Of a stretch of 64,000 nucleotides of DNA, positions 37,575-50,801 are shown in pieces. The notes under the pieces were generated by a model. It saw nothing but the letters and a program-made list of their open reading frames with translations. It searched no databases and had not been told where the DNA came from. This stretch comes from Balamuthia mandrillaris (taxonomy: Eukaryota). The DNA lies in contig JAVKOQ020000009.1 of the NCBI GenBank assembly GCA_031835245.2, positions 1 to 64,000 of the forward strand, written 5' to 3'. The position numbers and the translations under genes were made by a program. The number at the start of each line of letters is the position of its first letter. Position 1 is the stretch's first letter.

Positions 37575-38382
37575 CCCTTATTCCTCGTGACATGTTGTCT
37601 CCATTTATTTTTTATCGTGAGTGGGAACAGCACCCACCGACCACAATGAATTGAACAGATGGAGTGTGTGGTTGTCGCACGTTAAAAGAAAATACAAACA
37701 AAAGGATCCTTTCAAGCAAAATAAACAAACATCAATTAAGGCAAAACAACAACAACAACCAGAAAAAATAAAATAAAACGTAGGGCGTTGTCACAAACTG
37801 AAAAAAGGAACACACAGGAGGGAGGGAGAGAGGGAGATAAAACGGCCGTTGTTTCTCTCCCCTCTCTTGTTTTTTCTGTGCCTTTTCTTTTTTGGTTCCG
37901 CAGCTTCCTTTTCGCAAGAAAAGATAACACTTTCCCTACACACACCTTTTTTTTTTTGCGATTTGGATAGCAGTCTCTTTTTTATTTATTTATTTTGTTT
38001 TTTGAAGCAGCTTCATCTGCTCTTTTTATTTATTTTTTTCTTCCACCAAGATCTTCCATCTTCCATTTCCTCTTTCCTTCTTTATTTTTTTTTTCATCCC
38101 CATCAGCACTCTCTCTCTTCCCTTCTTCAAGAACAAACTGCTTTTCATTTTTTCTTTTCGTTATTTTGAATCATTTTTTTCAAAGAAACGCAATAACGGA
38201 GGGGGGAAAGTCAGATCAGATTGGAGAGGTGGTGGTGGGCTCAGTTTGAGAGAGAACTGTTGTGACTTTTGCTCTCTCGTGCTCCACACGCATAGAGAGA
38301 GAAAGTATTGGTGTATCTTCAATTGAACCGTGCCGAGTGGTGACCCTAGCAAACATAGGACGGAAACAGAGCGAGATAGGGC

Positions 38383-41039
38383 ATGGGCACCGGCATTTCC
38401 TCCCAGAACGGCTCTTCCCCTGCGGGTCTGCCCTCCACGCAAGATGCTTTCTACTTTGCGCCAGGGAGCTCTTCTTCCTTTGCGGCCAACGCCACTGCTG
38501 TTCCTTCTTCAGCTGGAGGAGCAGATGGAGCAGAAGAGGGAGAAGGAGGAGCTCGGTCAAACTACTACGACTGGCCATACAGCGGTCCTCCATTTTTGAC
38601 AGGGCCTTCCTCGATGTTTTCCTCGCCTCCTTCCTCTTCTTCCCCGAGCTATACTCCTCACCTTCGGCACAGCGGCGGAGCGCCCGACTCAGCTTCTCTT
38701 CCTTCGCGTCACCAATCCCTTCCCATCCCTTTGGCCTGGACACCAACGCAACCTCCTCTGCCCCAACCGCAACACAAGACCCAACCACAACCACAACAAC
38801 AAACCAAAGGAAAGGGCCAACCCATGTTCGCGTGGGAGCGGATAAACGACCAGGAACAAGTCCCTTCTTCCCCCGCTTCATCTTCTTCTTCCTCCTCTGC
38901 TCCCTCCCACAAGACCTCGGCGCCGTTCGATGGGAAGGACGTTAACCAACAGGTTGGACAGCCGCACTATCTCCAAGGCAACGGTTATAAACACAGCAAC
39001 CAGCAGTATTCCCTTTCTTCGTCCTATCTTTATGGGCGCTCTGTTTCGGCTCCAGCTCTCCCTACTATCTGCTCTTCTCCGCAACAGCTATTCGATGGAC
39101 CATCTCAACAGCAACAATCACAGCATCATTTCGCACAGCCCTCTTCGTCATCCGCTTCGTCGCCATCCTCTTCGGCAAATCGCCAGGCTAAACCCTCACC
39201 AACCACAACTAGAAAGAGAAAGAAGAAATGTGTTGAAGTGAAAGTGAAGGTGGAAGAAGAGGAAGAAGAAATAAATGCAGAGGAAGAGGACTCGGTTGAC
39301 GACGAGGACGATGGGGATGATGAAGGCGATGAAGATTGGGACTCCTCCACCAGAAAGGAACAAAGAGGAGATTTTGGCCGCCAAAACAATAATGGAGTAA
39401 CGGTACCAACCAAGAAGAGGAAACGAAAGAAGATCGTGGTGTCCACGCTGGCAGGAGAGCAGTCCGATGACGGTTATCGCTGGCGTAAATACGGCAGAAA
39501 GACGGTCAAAGGGAGCCCCTATCCTCGCAGCTACTACAAGTGCACCTTTCCTTCCTGCAAGGTAAAGAAGCAGGTGGAGACGGTGGTCTCTAGTGGGAAG
39601 ACCATCATCAACTCCATCTACAAAGGAGAGCACAAGCACGAAAGACCTTGTGTCACTCACATGACGGCTCATGACCAACAGTCCTTCCGCAACAGCGTCA
39701 TTCAAGGCTTCCAAAACGTACCTTTATTTTCTATTTTCTCTTCCCTCTTTCGCTTTTTTTTAAAATTCTCAATTGTAGCTTTTGTGCTCTTATCTCTTCT
39801 TATCTCCATTATTATCAAACGCTCACCAAATCCCTTTACCAACTTATATATTAGCGAGCATCAGCAAACTCGCAACGCGAGGCCAGCACACCACGGCTCA
39901 TCGTAGAAGTCTCTTTCGACGTGGACTGGTTGGACGATGGCTACCGATGGCGCAAGTACGGCCAAAAGTTTGTGAAAGGGCATGGCTTCTCCCGCAGCTA
40001 CTACAAATGTACTGAAAAGGGATGCTTGGTAAAGAAGCAAGTCGACCAACAATCGCACGCCATCATCAACACCTACGAAGGAAGCCACACCCATCCTCCT
40101 TACTCTCAGTCTCACAACGCGCGCAAGCGGCGACGTCCAAACCCAACGGCTGTCAAGCAGGAAAGCGATGATGATGTTGAGGGTCCCAACCGCAACGCCT
40201 CTTCTTCGTCTAGACGTTTACGAAGTATCAAGAAAGAACAGTTGAGCAGCGGTAGCGACGTTGAAGACTCTTCGTCATCTTCACCTCCTGACGAAGAAGA
40301 AAACGAAGAAGAAGAAGAACAAGAAGAAAATGAACAATTCAAGCAAGAGCTTCAGCATGAACTGCTGGAAGGTTTGTTTCCGGAGCAAGAGGTGAAGGAA
40401 GAGCAGGATGAATTTCCCTTTCTCTCTCACGCCACACCTCCCCCTCTCCGCAACGCGCTCTACGGTCTTACTCCGGAAGAAAACAGAGCGTTCGAAGTGG
40501 GAGAAGACCCGTTTGCTTTGGACTCATTGCTCTCTGTAGAGCCTCCTTCCTCTTCTTCATCCTCTTCTGCGTCCATTTATGCCACTTCTTCCTCCATTTC
40601 TCCAACCATGGAGGCCACCCAACAGCAACACCATTCTTTTGCTAACTTTTATGACAACGGTCACAATTCCGCTTCTTCAAGTCAACCCGTTTACTACCAC
40701 CCCCAGCCACACCATTATATGTCTCCGCCTCCTCTTCATGCCACTTCAGCTCATCTTCATTTGCATCACCATCTCTATCACCAACCACCACCCCTACCCT
40801 CTCCAGACTGCAAGCCACCGTTGCCCCACATCTACCCTCACCACTACCACCAGCAACATCCTACTTATCATCACCATCAACACTCGCTGCCACCAATTGC
40901 ATCCTCCTCCCCAGTTCTTTCTGGTGGAGCTTCCTCTTCCCCTTCCTCTTCCTCTCCATCGTCATCCATTACCACTGGCAGCAGCGCCTACCTTTCCGAC
41001 CAAGGATTTCCCTCTCACTCTCAACAACTGCCTCCTTAA
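38383..41039 (+). CDS. Two-domain (group I-like) WRKY transcription factor (intron ~39718-39854)
   Basis: [27 protein letters not shown] and [27 protein letters not shown]. Confidence 0.95.
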
Positions 41040-41496
41040 CTCTGTCCTCCTCTTGGTCTTCCGCACTCGTTATCGCTTTTCTCCTTCGCTTAACTTCAGC
41101 AAGTTTTGTTACAACGGTTTGGAACAAACGACGGAGGAGCAGAAGCAGCAGCGGAAGAAGAAATCAAGGAATCTTTCCCATTCCTTCCCCTTCGTCATAG
41201 CGCTTCTTTTCTTTATTTATTCGTTTTTTTTTTTGTTTTCTTCTTCGTTGTGTATATAGCCTGAAGATCCATCTTTTGTAAAAAAAAGCCAACAAATATA
41301 GTACGTTTCACTTTTTAAACAACAAACTTTTGTACTTCTTCTTCTTCCGCTTCATCTTCATCTTCTTCTGTTTTTTTCGTTCTGTTTGAAATTTCCCCTG
41401 TTGATCTAAACGGAACGGGTGACGTCATATATCAGATGATCTAAAACATGTCCGCAAAAATCCAGGAGGCCAACAGGAAGGAAACAGAATTGATCG

Positions 41497-44400
41497 ATGC
41501 GGAGGCTGCGGCAGGGAGCAGCCGCCGCAACAACGAGCGGCGGCTTCAGGCCAACAGCGGTAAGGTCAGATGGGCGATACGCTCTAGCGCACATCAACAG
41601 ACGTGCACTGTACTGCCGGCATCTCCCCAACGCAGCATCAAGATGGCCATCTTCTCCTCCGCAGCTGATGGCTTTCTCGGGCTCGGCTCTACGTTTTTCT
41701 TCCCTTCCTCTCATGAAGCACAGAGACAACAGACGCACCACTGTCGCGGCGTTGCGCCTTCTTGTTGATCGCAGCAGCCAACAGAGACGGTGCTGTAGCA
41801 CCAGCGGGCAGCAACAAATTCCTTCGCCTCCACTTCCTCCTCCTTCCCACGCAGATTGGCAAGCGATGAAGGTGGCTGAGCTGAAAGAGGAGTTGCGCAA
41901 GAGGGGCTTGAAAGTCACTGGTAAGAAGCAAGAGCTGGTCGATCGTCTCTGTCAACAACAAGAGCACACAACGGCGGGTGGTGCAGCTGCTCCCATTACA
42001 GGAGCGAGGCGTCGCCGGGACGGTCCTTTTCTGCGAGTAGTACTTGCCGAGAAACCCTGTACGTACTCTCTCTCTCTCCTCTCGTTCTCATGTAGCTCTC
42101 TTCGGTCGCTCGTACGAAGCCTATTTTAAACGTATATCTTGTTGCTTATGATTTTGTTGCATAACAGCGGTTGCGCAGAACATAGCACGAGCGTTAGGTC
42201 TGAAAGCAGCAGGTGGCAGCAAAGCTGGTTACATTGGGCAAGTCACTTTGGGAAGGGAAGGAACCCTTATTGTAAACCAGGAGGAAGAAGGAAAAGAACA
42301 AGATGGTGATAACGAGCAGAATCCTGCCAACAAACAGAAGAAAGAGAAAGAGGAATATACAGTGATAACATGGGCACTAGGACACCTGTTGGAGCTACAG
42401 TCCACGCCTCCTCAATGGAGCCTTGACAAGCTACCACTCCTTCCAGACTCATTTGCCTACTCTTTGGTACGTTGTCTGCTCTCTCTTGTTCTTCACTTTG
42501 AGCTCTGTTCTAATCTGGCCGTTGAGTCTAACTATTCTTTTAAATCGTTTTTATGCAGAAACCAGCCCACAAGCAACAGTTTGAAGTTATACGAAAACTA
42601 TTCTTGCGAGCAGATGGTTTCTCCTTTTCTGCTCTTTCTGTCCCTCTTCTCCTACTTACTTTGTGATTTTTAATTGTTAACAATTCCTTTTTTTCCCTTC
42701 GTTTTGCCTTTACTATTAGAAATTGTAAACGCATGTGATGCAGGACGAGAAGGAGAGCTCATCTTTCGGCTGTTATATGAAAAAACTGCAGCTGCTTGTC
42801 CTGTAAAGCGGCTGTACGTTTTCTCTGCTCTTTGTTTGTTTCTTTCTTATCTTTCTCACTTTTGTCATTGCTCTGTGGTTACGTATAGGTGGATATCTTC
42901 TTTAACCGATGAGGCCATCAAGAAAGGGTACATAACTATACTAATTTTTGATTCATGCTATGCTCTTGTTGCTTACCATATATTTTCGAACTGAATTCAG
43001 GTTTGAACAGCTGCAACCAAGTCAACATTTTGATTCTCTGTATGCCTCTGCATTAGCCCGAGAAAGGGCTGATTGGTTGGTCCATCGATACCTCCTCTCC
43101 TCCTCTTCTGTCTGACTCATAAAGAACCACAACACAAAAAGGTTGCTTGGAATAAACGCCACTCAAGCATATACTTTGGTGTACAGCAGTAAAGTACCTC
43201 ACTTTCAGCGACAGGTACTATCATTGGGGCGAGTACAAACTCCCGTTTTGAGCATGATTGTAGATAGATGGAAAGAAGTCCAGGACTGGAAGCCTGTACG
43301 TGTTTTTTTATTTCTGCTTTTTTTTGGTTTTTTGGTTTCATCTTCTCTCTCCATAGCTGTTATTGTACCCATATCTTATCTGTTATATTCATACTCCCAA
43401 CTCTAATAGACACCATATTTTGAACTACACGTCAACTGCATCGTAAGAGGAGAAACTCTCGACGAAGGAACTCACATCCCCTTCAAATACGTGAGCCACA
43501 ACTCCACCTCCGGAGACCATGTCAAGACCACATTCAACGATCGCATTCCTATTCGACAAGAAGGAGAGCAGATAGCGGGAGAGCTATCTGATGAATGCAC
43601 AGTCCATTCTTTTGTACAAAAGACTAGAAAGGAAACACCACCTCATCTCTTTGATCTTACCACTCTCCAAAAGGAAGCCAATCAGCGGTACTCCTTTACT
43701 GCTGATAAAACACTGAAGATATTGCAGCGCCTCTACGAGCGTTACCGGTTGATAACCTATCCACGAACGGATTCCTCTTTCCTTTCTCCAGATCTGTATT
43801 CTCAAGTTCACGAAGTTGTCAGGTTCGTTTCTTATCGCCCTTTATCTTTTAAAATGTTATTCTTTCTTTGTTGTCTTATTGTTCTTGTTGTGGTTTTTGT
43901 TCTTCCTGTTCTTGTTGTTATGCTTGTTTTTTTTTCTTCTTCTTCTGCTGCTGCTGCTGCTGCTTTCTTCTCTACATTATCTCAAACTCCATAGCATGTG
44001 CTAATTCTATTTTGTCGTTCATTTCCAGTAAGCTAAATGCAACTGGCAAGCACAAGAACGAGATTCTAGCAGAAGCGACTTCAAAAGCTCTCAGTGGTTC
44101 GCGACTAAATTCTAACAACAAACTGGTGTTCGATGCGAAGAAAGTCAGCGATCATCACGCCATCATTCCCACTCCACAGCTCCATAGAGACCTGTTTCTG
44201 TCTTCCTCAGAAACAGAGCCTTCTTCTCTAAGCACAGATGAGCTTCGTGTCTATAAGTTGATTGTTGCTCGCTTTGTTGGTGAGTATGAACTTTTTTTTT
44301 CTCGATTGTTTATTTTGTTTTTTAGAAAAAAATACTGAACATACCGATTTTAACAAACAAAAAGCTGCGTTCTTACCGGATTGTGAGAAGAAAGACACGA

Positions 44401-45567
44401 CGCTTACTGTTGTCAACCAAAAGCACCGCTTTCAAGCAAAGGCGGTCTCTATCCTAGATCCTGGATGGCGTTCCATCTCGCACTTTTTGTCTGCTTCCAC
44501 TTCAACTTCGGGCGAACACGAAGACGAAGAAGGAACAACAGAACAAGCAAGCCGGGACGATACAAACGGAGGATTGGCAGCACTTCGACATCCCCTCAAG
44601 AAAGGAGACAAGTTGAAATGCATCCTCCCCGCTTCACTCAAACAAAAGGAAACAAGACCCCCTCCCATTCTTACTGAATCCGCGTTACTGCACATGATGG
44701 AAACGGCGGGGGCTCGCTTAGAGGACGCTGCCGAGAGAGAGGCTATGAAGGGCTGCGGCCTCGGCACTCCCGCCACTCGTGCTGCTATCATCGAACGCCT
44801 CATCGCTGTTGGTCATGTACAAAGAGAGGGCCGAAGAAGGCTTATCCCGACGGAGAAAGGCCTGAGTCTCGTGGCCTTGGTGCGAAAAATCGATGAGAGC
44901 CTTTGCAGTCCTCGCCTAACGGCAGAGTGGGAGCAACGCCTTCAGTCCATTTGGAAGGAGGGAGCTGATCACAACTCCTTTTTGTCAGATATCAAAGAGT
45001 TCACGCAGCATATTGTGGAGCACGCAAAGAAAGGAGCTGGTGCTCGTGTACGACGTTTGTTTGCTGTGAAACCATCTTCCTCTTCTACTGCAGCTTCCGC
45101 TTCCTCTTCTTCTTCTCCTTCCGCTACTGCTGCTTCTTCGCAAAAGAGCTTTGGAGGAGTTGGCACAAAAGGAGAACAAGAAGTGGAAGAATTGACAACC
45201 TGTTGGAAATGTAAAGAAGGAACTCTTGTGACACAACCGCATTGGAAAGGCTGGAGCTGCTCTCGTAAAAAGACTCACAAGTGCGATTTTGTGGTGTGGA
45301 AGAAAGTTGCTGGACGTGACCTTGGCAAGGTAAACCTATCCATTTTTTTTTGTTTGTCGTTCTTTCTTTCATCCTTTGGTAACCCGATATTTGTTTTGTG
45401 TGTTTTTTTTTAAACAGGACGTTGTAAAGAAATTGGTTGAAGAGGGTGTGAGTAGCTTGCTCAAGTTCACGTCCAAGCAAGGGAATCCATTCAAGGCTCG
45501 CCTGGCCATCAACGAGGACGCCAAAGTTGTCTTCCTCTTTCCAAACACCATCCACCCAGCACAATAA
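41497..45567 (+). CDS. topB: Bacterial-type DNA topoisomerase III (type IA) with N-terminal presequence and SAP domain (multi-exon)
   Basis: SAP MKVAELKEELRKRGLKVTGKKQELVDRL; Toprim LAEKP, NACDAGREGELIF; SLGRVQTP; catalytic LITYPRTDS; GLGTPATRAAIIE; C-terminal Zn ribbon and FTSKQGNPFKARL repeat. Confidence 0.92.
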
Positions 45568-46076
45568 CTCTTGACTCCCTCACTTGCCTTTCTGCTGTGC
45601 TCTTCCCTATTTTTTCCGAATTGGAATTTCTTGGTAAAATTTCGGATTTAAAAGCCAAAAAAACAACATTACATGAGGAGTATTCCTTTAGGAGTTAGCC
45701 GCCAATTTTTTTTTGTTGGGGAGACTGCAACTGTTCTTTTTTTTCCCTCCACTTTTTTTTTTGCCAAGTCTGTGTCGCGAGAGGGGGGACCAGCAGACAG
45801 GAGGACACACAGCGAAAACAGAAGCGTCCCCAGTTGTGTGCGTGTGCGTTTGTTTGCTGCAGCTTCTTTTGGTGCGAGGAAAAAAAAAAAAAGAACGGAT
45901 ACCGTTGGGGTGAGTGAAAGTGTTGTCTTAGCTGTTTTTTTTTTTTGGGACTTAGTTTTTTTTTTCGATGTGGTTGTTTTTTGACTTAGATTTTTTTGTA
46001 CGCCTTTTTGTGACTTAGATTTTTTTTTCAAAAACAAAAAGCAAGAACCTGGTTTTTTCGACAACCAACTGGAATC

Positions 46077-49000
46077 ATGAGTGGCAAGGGTGGCCGCAAA
46101 AAGATCATTCTGGATGAGGAGGAAGAAGAGGATTACGAGGTAGCTGCACCCCTGCCGTCGCTGAAAAGCGGCTCATCACAAAACCAGGGCAGCAGCCTTC
46201 CGCCTTCGGACGAGCCCCTGACCTCCAATGGCAGTTCGGTCCCATCGAGAAAGGAACAGCCTTCCCCTGCTAGCAAGAAGATCGACTTGGTCGCGGAGGA
46301 AGACAACGAAGAGGTCGAGATCGTTCCTCGAAGCAATGGACGCTCCAGCTCCAGCTCTAGTTCTAGCTCTAGTTCTCGTTCTGCAGCGAGCTCTTCATCT
46401 ACCAGCTCCAGTTCCAGCAACAGTTCTAAACGAGGCAGCAGCGCACAGGCTAAAAGGGTCAAGGCAGAGCCCATGGAAGAGGATGAGGACTTTGTAGAAA
46501 CGGGATCCACGACGAACGGTAGATCGACTTCTTCTGCGTCTGCCTCTTCTGCTGAAAAGAAACGGAAGCGCAGTGTCATTCAAGCTGAGTCGGAGGATGA
46601 TGACTTTGACGCAGCAGCAGAAGAAGACGAGGAAGAGGAACCGGAGGACGAAGACGCTGACTTTGAGCCCGCCGAAAAGCCAAAGTCCTCCGCTCCCGTC
46701 GTGAAAAAACAGAAGGTTTCATCGACAAAAGCACGAAGTACCAAGAAGGAGAAAGACACCAAGAAGAAGGGCTCTAGGTCTACCAGCAGCAGCAGTAGCA
46801 GCACCAAAAAACGAACGCCAAGCACCAAGTCTGGTTCTTCGTCTTCAACTTCCCGCCGGAGGAAGACTGCAGAGGCTGATGGAAAGGCAAAGAAAGCCGC
46901 CACAACCAGCAGAAAGGGAAAGAAAGCGGTAAAGAAAGAAGGCGCAGAAGGCGGGGAGGAAATGGAGGTAGTGGAAGGAGAGGAAGAGCAATGGAAGTGG
47001 TGGCTGGACGAGCCATTGCCCAAAGGAGTCAAGTGGCGAACCCTGGAGCACAACGGAGTGTTATTCCCTCCGCCCTATCAACCACACGGCGTGAAGATGA
47101 TGTACGACGGCGAAGAAGTGGATCTTACTCCGGAGCAAGAGGAAGTGGCCACTTTCTATGCGCAGTACCTGGAGACGCCCCACACCAAAAAGGAGGTCTT
47201 CAACCGAAACTTTTTCAAAGAGTTTCGCAAGATGCTCAAGTCCACTCCACAGACATACAAAAAGATAACTCAATTTCAAAAATGCGACTTTCGTCCTATC
47301 AACCGCTTCCTCCAGCAACGCAAGGAAGAGCGGCAGAACCGCACAAAGGAGGAGAAGCTGGCCGAGAAAGAGGAGAAGCAGAAAGAACTTGACCTTTATG
47401 GCTGGGCTATGGTGGATGGACACAAGCAAAAGGTTGGCAACTTTAGGGTAGAGCCGCCCGGCCTCTTCCTGGGACGAGGCGCTCACCCTAAGACGGGCCA
47501 CTTGAAGCAGCGCATCCAACCGGAGGACATCACTATTAACATTGGGAAGGAAGCGATAGTGCCAGAGTGCCCCATCCCAGGTCACAAATGGGGCGCGATC
47601 GTACACAACAACGAGGTCACTTGGTTGGCCTTTTGGAGAGAGAACATCAACGGGGCTTTCAAGTACGTGTGGCTGGCGCCCAGCTCCCGCATCAAGGGCA
47701 TGGCTGACATGAAGAAGTTTGAGAACTCTCGCAAGCTGTGCAAGCACATCTACAAGATCCGCAGGACCTACGAGCGGGAGATGAAGGCCAAGGAGAAGGT
47801 GGTGCGGCAGAGAGCCACAGCCCTTTGGGTCATCGATCACCTGGCGCTCAGAGTGGGCAACGAGAAAGGCGAGGATGAGGCTGACACTGTCGGTTGCTGC
47901 TCCCTTCGCGTGGAGCACGTCAAGCTGAAGAAACCCAACATCATCAAGTTTGACTTTTTGGGTAAGGACTCTATGCGCTACAAAAACTCAGTCGAGGTGC
48001 CCAGACAGGTCTTTCGCAACTTTAAGTTGTTCATGAAGGGCAAGAAACCCTCCGCCGACCTCTTTGATCACCTTACCACCACCAATCTCAACGCCCATCT
48101 CAAGGAACAGATGAAAGGCCTCACCGCCAAAGTCTTTCGTACCTACAATGCCTCCATCACCCTGGAGAAGGAGCTGGCCAAGCCCATCGACCCCGAAGCT
48201 ACCGTAGCGGAGAAGGTCCTCTTTTACAACAGGGCCAACAGAGAAGTCGCCATTCTCTGTAACCATCAGAGGTCACTCCCTCCCAAACACACCGAGCAGA
48301 TGGAACGTTTGAAGGAGAAGAAGGACGAGCTCCTCGCTGAGAAGAAGGAGCTGAGGCGAAGGCTTAAGCTTGCCAAGCAAGGCAAGAGGATGGAAAAGGA
48401 ATGGACCATTCCTCGAAAGGTCAAGAAGGAAGAAAAGAAGGAAGGAGCGGCAGCAGACGGCAAAGGCAAAAGCAAAGCCAAAGCAGCTACTGCCGCCAAG
48501 AAAGATGAGAAAAAACCGGTCAAAGAAGAGAAGCTCACCAAGTCTCTCCCTGTGGATAGCGACAAGATCAAGGCCGCCATCACCAGGCTAGACGCCCGGA
48601 TTAACGCCTGCGAGGTCAAGATGACTGAAAAGGAGGAGCTTAAGACAGTGGCCCTTGGCACCTCCAAGATCAACTACTTGGACCCACGTATAACTGCCGC
48701 TTGGTGCAAGCGGGTCGGCGTACCCATCGAGAAGATCTTTAACAAGACCTTACGCGCCAAATTCCCTTGGGCCATGGATGTGGATGCTGGCTGGGCCTAC
48801 CATCCCGATGGCCCTGGTGCGTACGCTAAGGAAGAAGAACGCAAATCTGGTTCCTCATCTTCTTCATCTTCAAAGTCGAGACGAAGCAGTACTAGTAGTA
48901 GCAAAGAAGAGAAGAAAAACGAGGAGAAGAAAGAGGAAGCAGCAGAGGAGGAAGGGATGGAAGAGTATGTGGATGAAGAAATAGAGGAAGTTGAAGAAGA

Positions 49001-49079
49001 GATTGAAGAGGAGGAGGAGGAAGTAGAAGAAGAAGAAGCAGAAGAAGATGCGCAAGATTCTGCCTACGAAGAAGAATAA
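46077..49079 (+). CDS. TOP1: DNA topoisomerase I (type IB), single exon
   Basis: KWRTLEHNG, EPPGLFLGRG, ALRVGNEK, FDFLGKDS, AKVFRTYNAS, CNHQR, catalytic SKINYLDPR. Confidence 0.98.
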   Translation: MSGKGGRKKIILDEEEEEDYEVAAPLPSLKSGSSQNQGSSLPPSDEPLTSNGSSVPSRKEQPSPASKKIDLVAEEDNEEVEIVPRSNGRSSSSSSSSSSSRSAASSSSTSSSSSNSSKRGSSAQAKRVKAEPMEEDEDFVETGSTTNGRSTSSASASSAEKKRKRSVIQAESEDDDFDAAAEEDEEEEPEDEDADFEPAEKPKSSAPVVKKQKVSSTKARSTKKEKDTKKKGSRSTSSSSSSTKKRTPSTKSGSSSSTSRRRKTAEADGKAKKAATTSRKGKKAVKKEGAEGGEEMEVVEGEEEQWKWWLDEPLPKGVKWRTLEHNGVLFPPPYQPHGVKMMYDGEEVDLTPEQEEVATFYAQYLETPHTKKEVFNRNFFKEFRKMLKSTPQTYKKITQFQKCDFRPINRFLQQRKEERQNRTKEEKLAEKEEKQKELDLYGWAMVDGHKQKVGNFRVEPPGLFLGRGAHPKTGHLKQRIQPEDITINIGKEAIVPECPIPGHKWGAIVHNNEVTWLAFWRENINGAFKYVWLAPSSRIKGMADMKKFENSRKLCKHIYKIRRTYEREMKAKEKVVRQRATALWVIDHLALRVGNEKGEDEADTVGCCSLRVEHVKLKKPNIIKFDFLGKDSMRYKNSVEVPRQVFRNFKLFMKGKKPSADLFDHLTTTNLNAHLKEQMKGLTAKVFRTYNASITLEKELAKPIDPEATVAEKVLFYNRANREVAILCNHQRSLPPKHTEQMERLKEKKDELLAEKKELRRRLKLAKQGKRMEKEWTIPRKVKKEEKKEGAAADGKGKSKAKAATAAKKDEKKPVKEEKLTKSLPVDSDKIKAAITRLDARINACEVKMTEKEELKTVALGTSKINYLDPRITAAWCKRVGVPIEKIFNKTLRAKFPWAMDVDAGWAYHPDGPGAYAKEEERKSGSSSSSSSKSRRSSTSSSKEEKKNEEKKEEAAEEEGMEEYVDEEIEEVEEEIEEEEEEVEEEEAEEDAQDSAYEEE

Positions 49080-49447
49080 ACACAAACCTACATCTTTGGC
49101 TCTCCTCTCTCCTCTCCCCTCCTCTCTGCTCTCTCCTCGCTTTCGCTGCCCTTTTTTTTCCCTTGCCATTTTCTTTTCGGTCAAATCAAGGTTAGGGTTT
49201 GTGTTAGGGTTATACGATGCTTTTATAACGGTTATTATAACCCCTCAAGCATAAAAAACAGGAAAAAAAAGCGGGAAGCGCTGTGGTGCCAAGTGCGAGA
49301 GTGCGCAACAACCGCCGCCTTTGGACGCGTTCTCTCTCTCGCTCTGCTGCCACTACCCGCCACCTAGTAGTTTTGTGTTCTCCTTTCTCTTCTTCCTGTG
49401 GAGACCTTTTTTTTTTTTAAAGTAAAGAAACTCGGTTGGTTGGCACA

Positions 49448-50001
49448 ATGCATAAAAGCTCGCCCGCCAAACGGAAGGTACTACCTAACTTGCTTTTCTT
49501 TTTTTTTTTTTGGAGGTTTTATCCTCATGTGACAAAACGAAGAGACTTACGAATCGTTTTATTATTCCGTTTTTCTAAAAAAATAAAGGGGAAGGCAGTG
49601 GAGAGGACAGTTGTTTACAGTTGGTTGGTATCATTCATTCTCTTTACACACTTTTCCGGCATCTTTCCGCTTTTTCTTCGTGCTTCTTCCTGCTTGCCTC
49701 TTGCTTCTTCCTTTTCCTTCTTGCCGCTCTCTCTTTCGTTGTGCTGATGACATTTGTGCTGCTGCTGGCTTTTTTTGTGATTTGTTGGGTGTGACTTTTC
49801 TTTCATATGTGCACAAAGGGGCTGCAATGGAGACAGCCAACTGGGTGATGAGACCTTCCTGGACAACACCTCCCCAAAAGAATTGATAGCGTTGCGCCGC
49901 TCGGGCATTCGCTCCATCGCTTGTGGTCCTGTCAATTCTGCTGCTATTGGCGGTTTGTTGACTTTCTGCCTCTCTTTTTTGTGAGTGCTGTCACGCTCAC
50001 T

Positions 50002-50039
<38 letters not shown>

Positions 50040-50769
50040 GAGAACAGCTGAGGGCTCGCTATTTCTGTGGGGTCGTTGTGATCATCAGTTCAAAGACACT
50101 TTTTCTGCTTTTGTTCTTGCGCCTCGCTTGGTGGTGCGTACACCTCCTTCTCTTAATTGTGGGTTGCCAATGGCTGATCTCTCTCTCTCCGACAGCCAAG
50201 CTTGCAACAGTACCAAATCAAAAGCGTTGCTTGTGGCAATGGCTTCTTGCTTGCACTTACTGGTTCATTTTCTCTCTCTCATTTTTGTCCTTTCTGTTTT
50301 CTGCTACGATCTATAGAAGGTTGACATGATTTTTTGTTTTCATAGATACGGGTAAATTGTTTGCCCTGGGCAAAGGAACAGAAGGTCAACTTGGGGTTGA
50401 GGGCATGAATAATCAGGATACTCCTGTGCTTCCAGATGGCATTAACGATTTTGAAGTCTGTAGCATTGCTTGCGGCCACTCTCATTCTCTTGCAATCACC
50501 GGTACTCGTCTCATCCACTTACAGTTCGTGCCATTTAAACTTTAAGTTGTTTAACACTATACCTACGAATAATAGCGGATGGAAAAGTTTGGGCGTGGGG
50601 GGCAAGTGGAGCTCGTCTCGGGCTCGGTGATAGCATCGGCGTTCAAGCTACTCCTCAAGTAGTTAATATTCCAGAGAAAGTTATACAAGTTGCTTGCGGA
50701 ACCTCTTTCTCGCTAGCTTTATCAAGTTTGTTGTCTCTCTCCCTCTCTTCTCTTACTCTCTTGTTCTTA

Positions 50770-50801
<32 letters not shown>

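Noticed and set aside
41497..45567. Bacterial contamination as the source of topB
   Set aside because: The gene has many host-style spliceosomal introns and sits between eukaryotic genes.
49189..49212. GGTTAGGGTT..GTTAGGGTTA telomere-like motifs after TOP1
   Set aside because: Only two dispersed units; not an interstitial telomere array.
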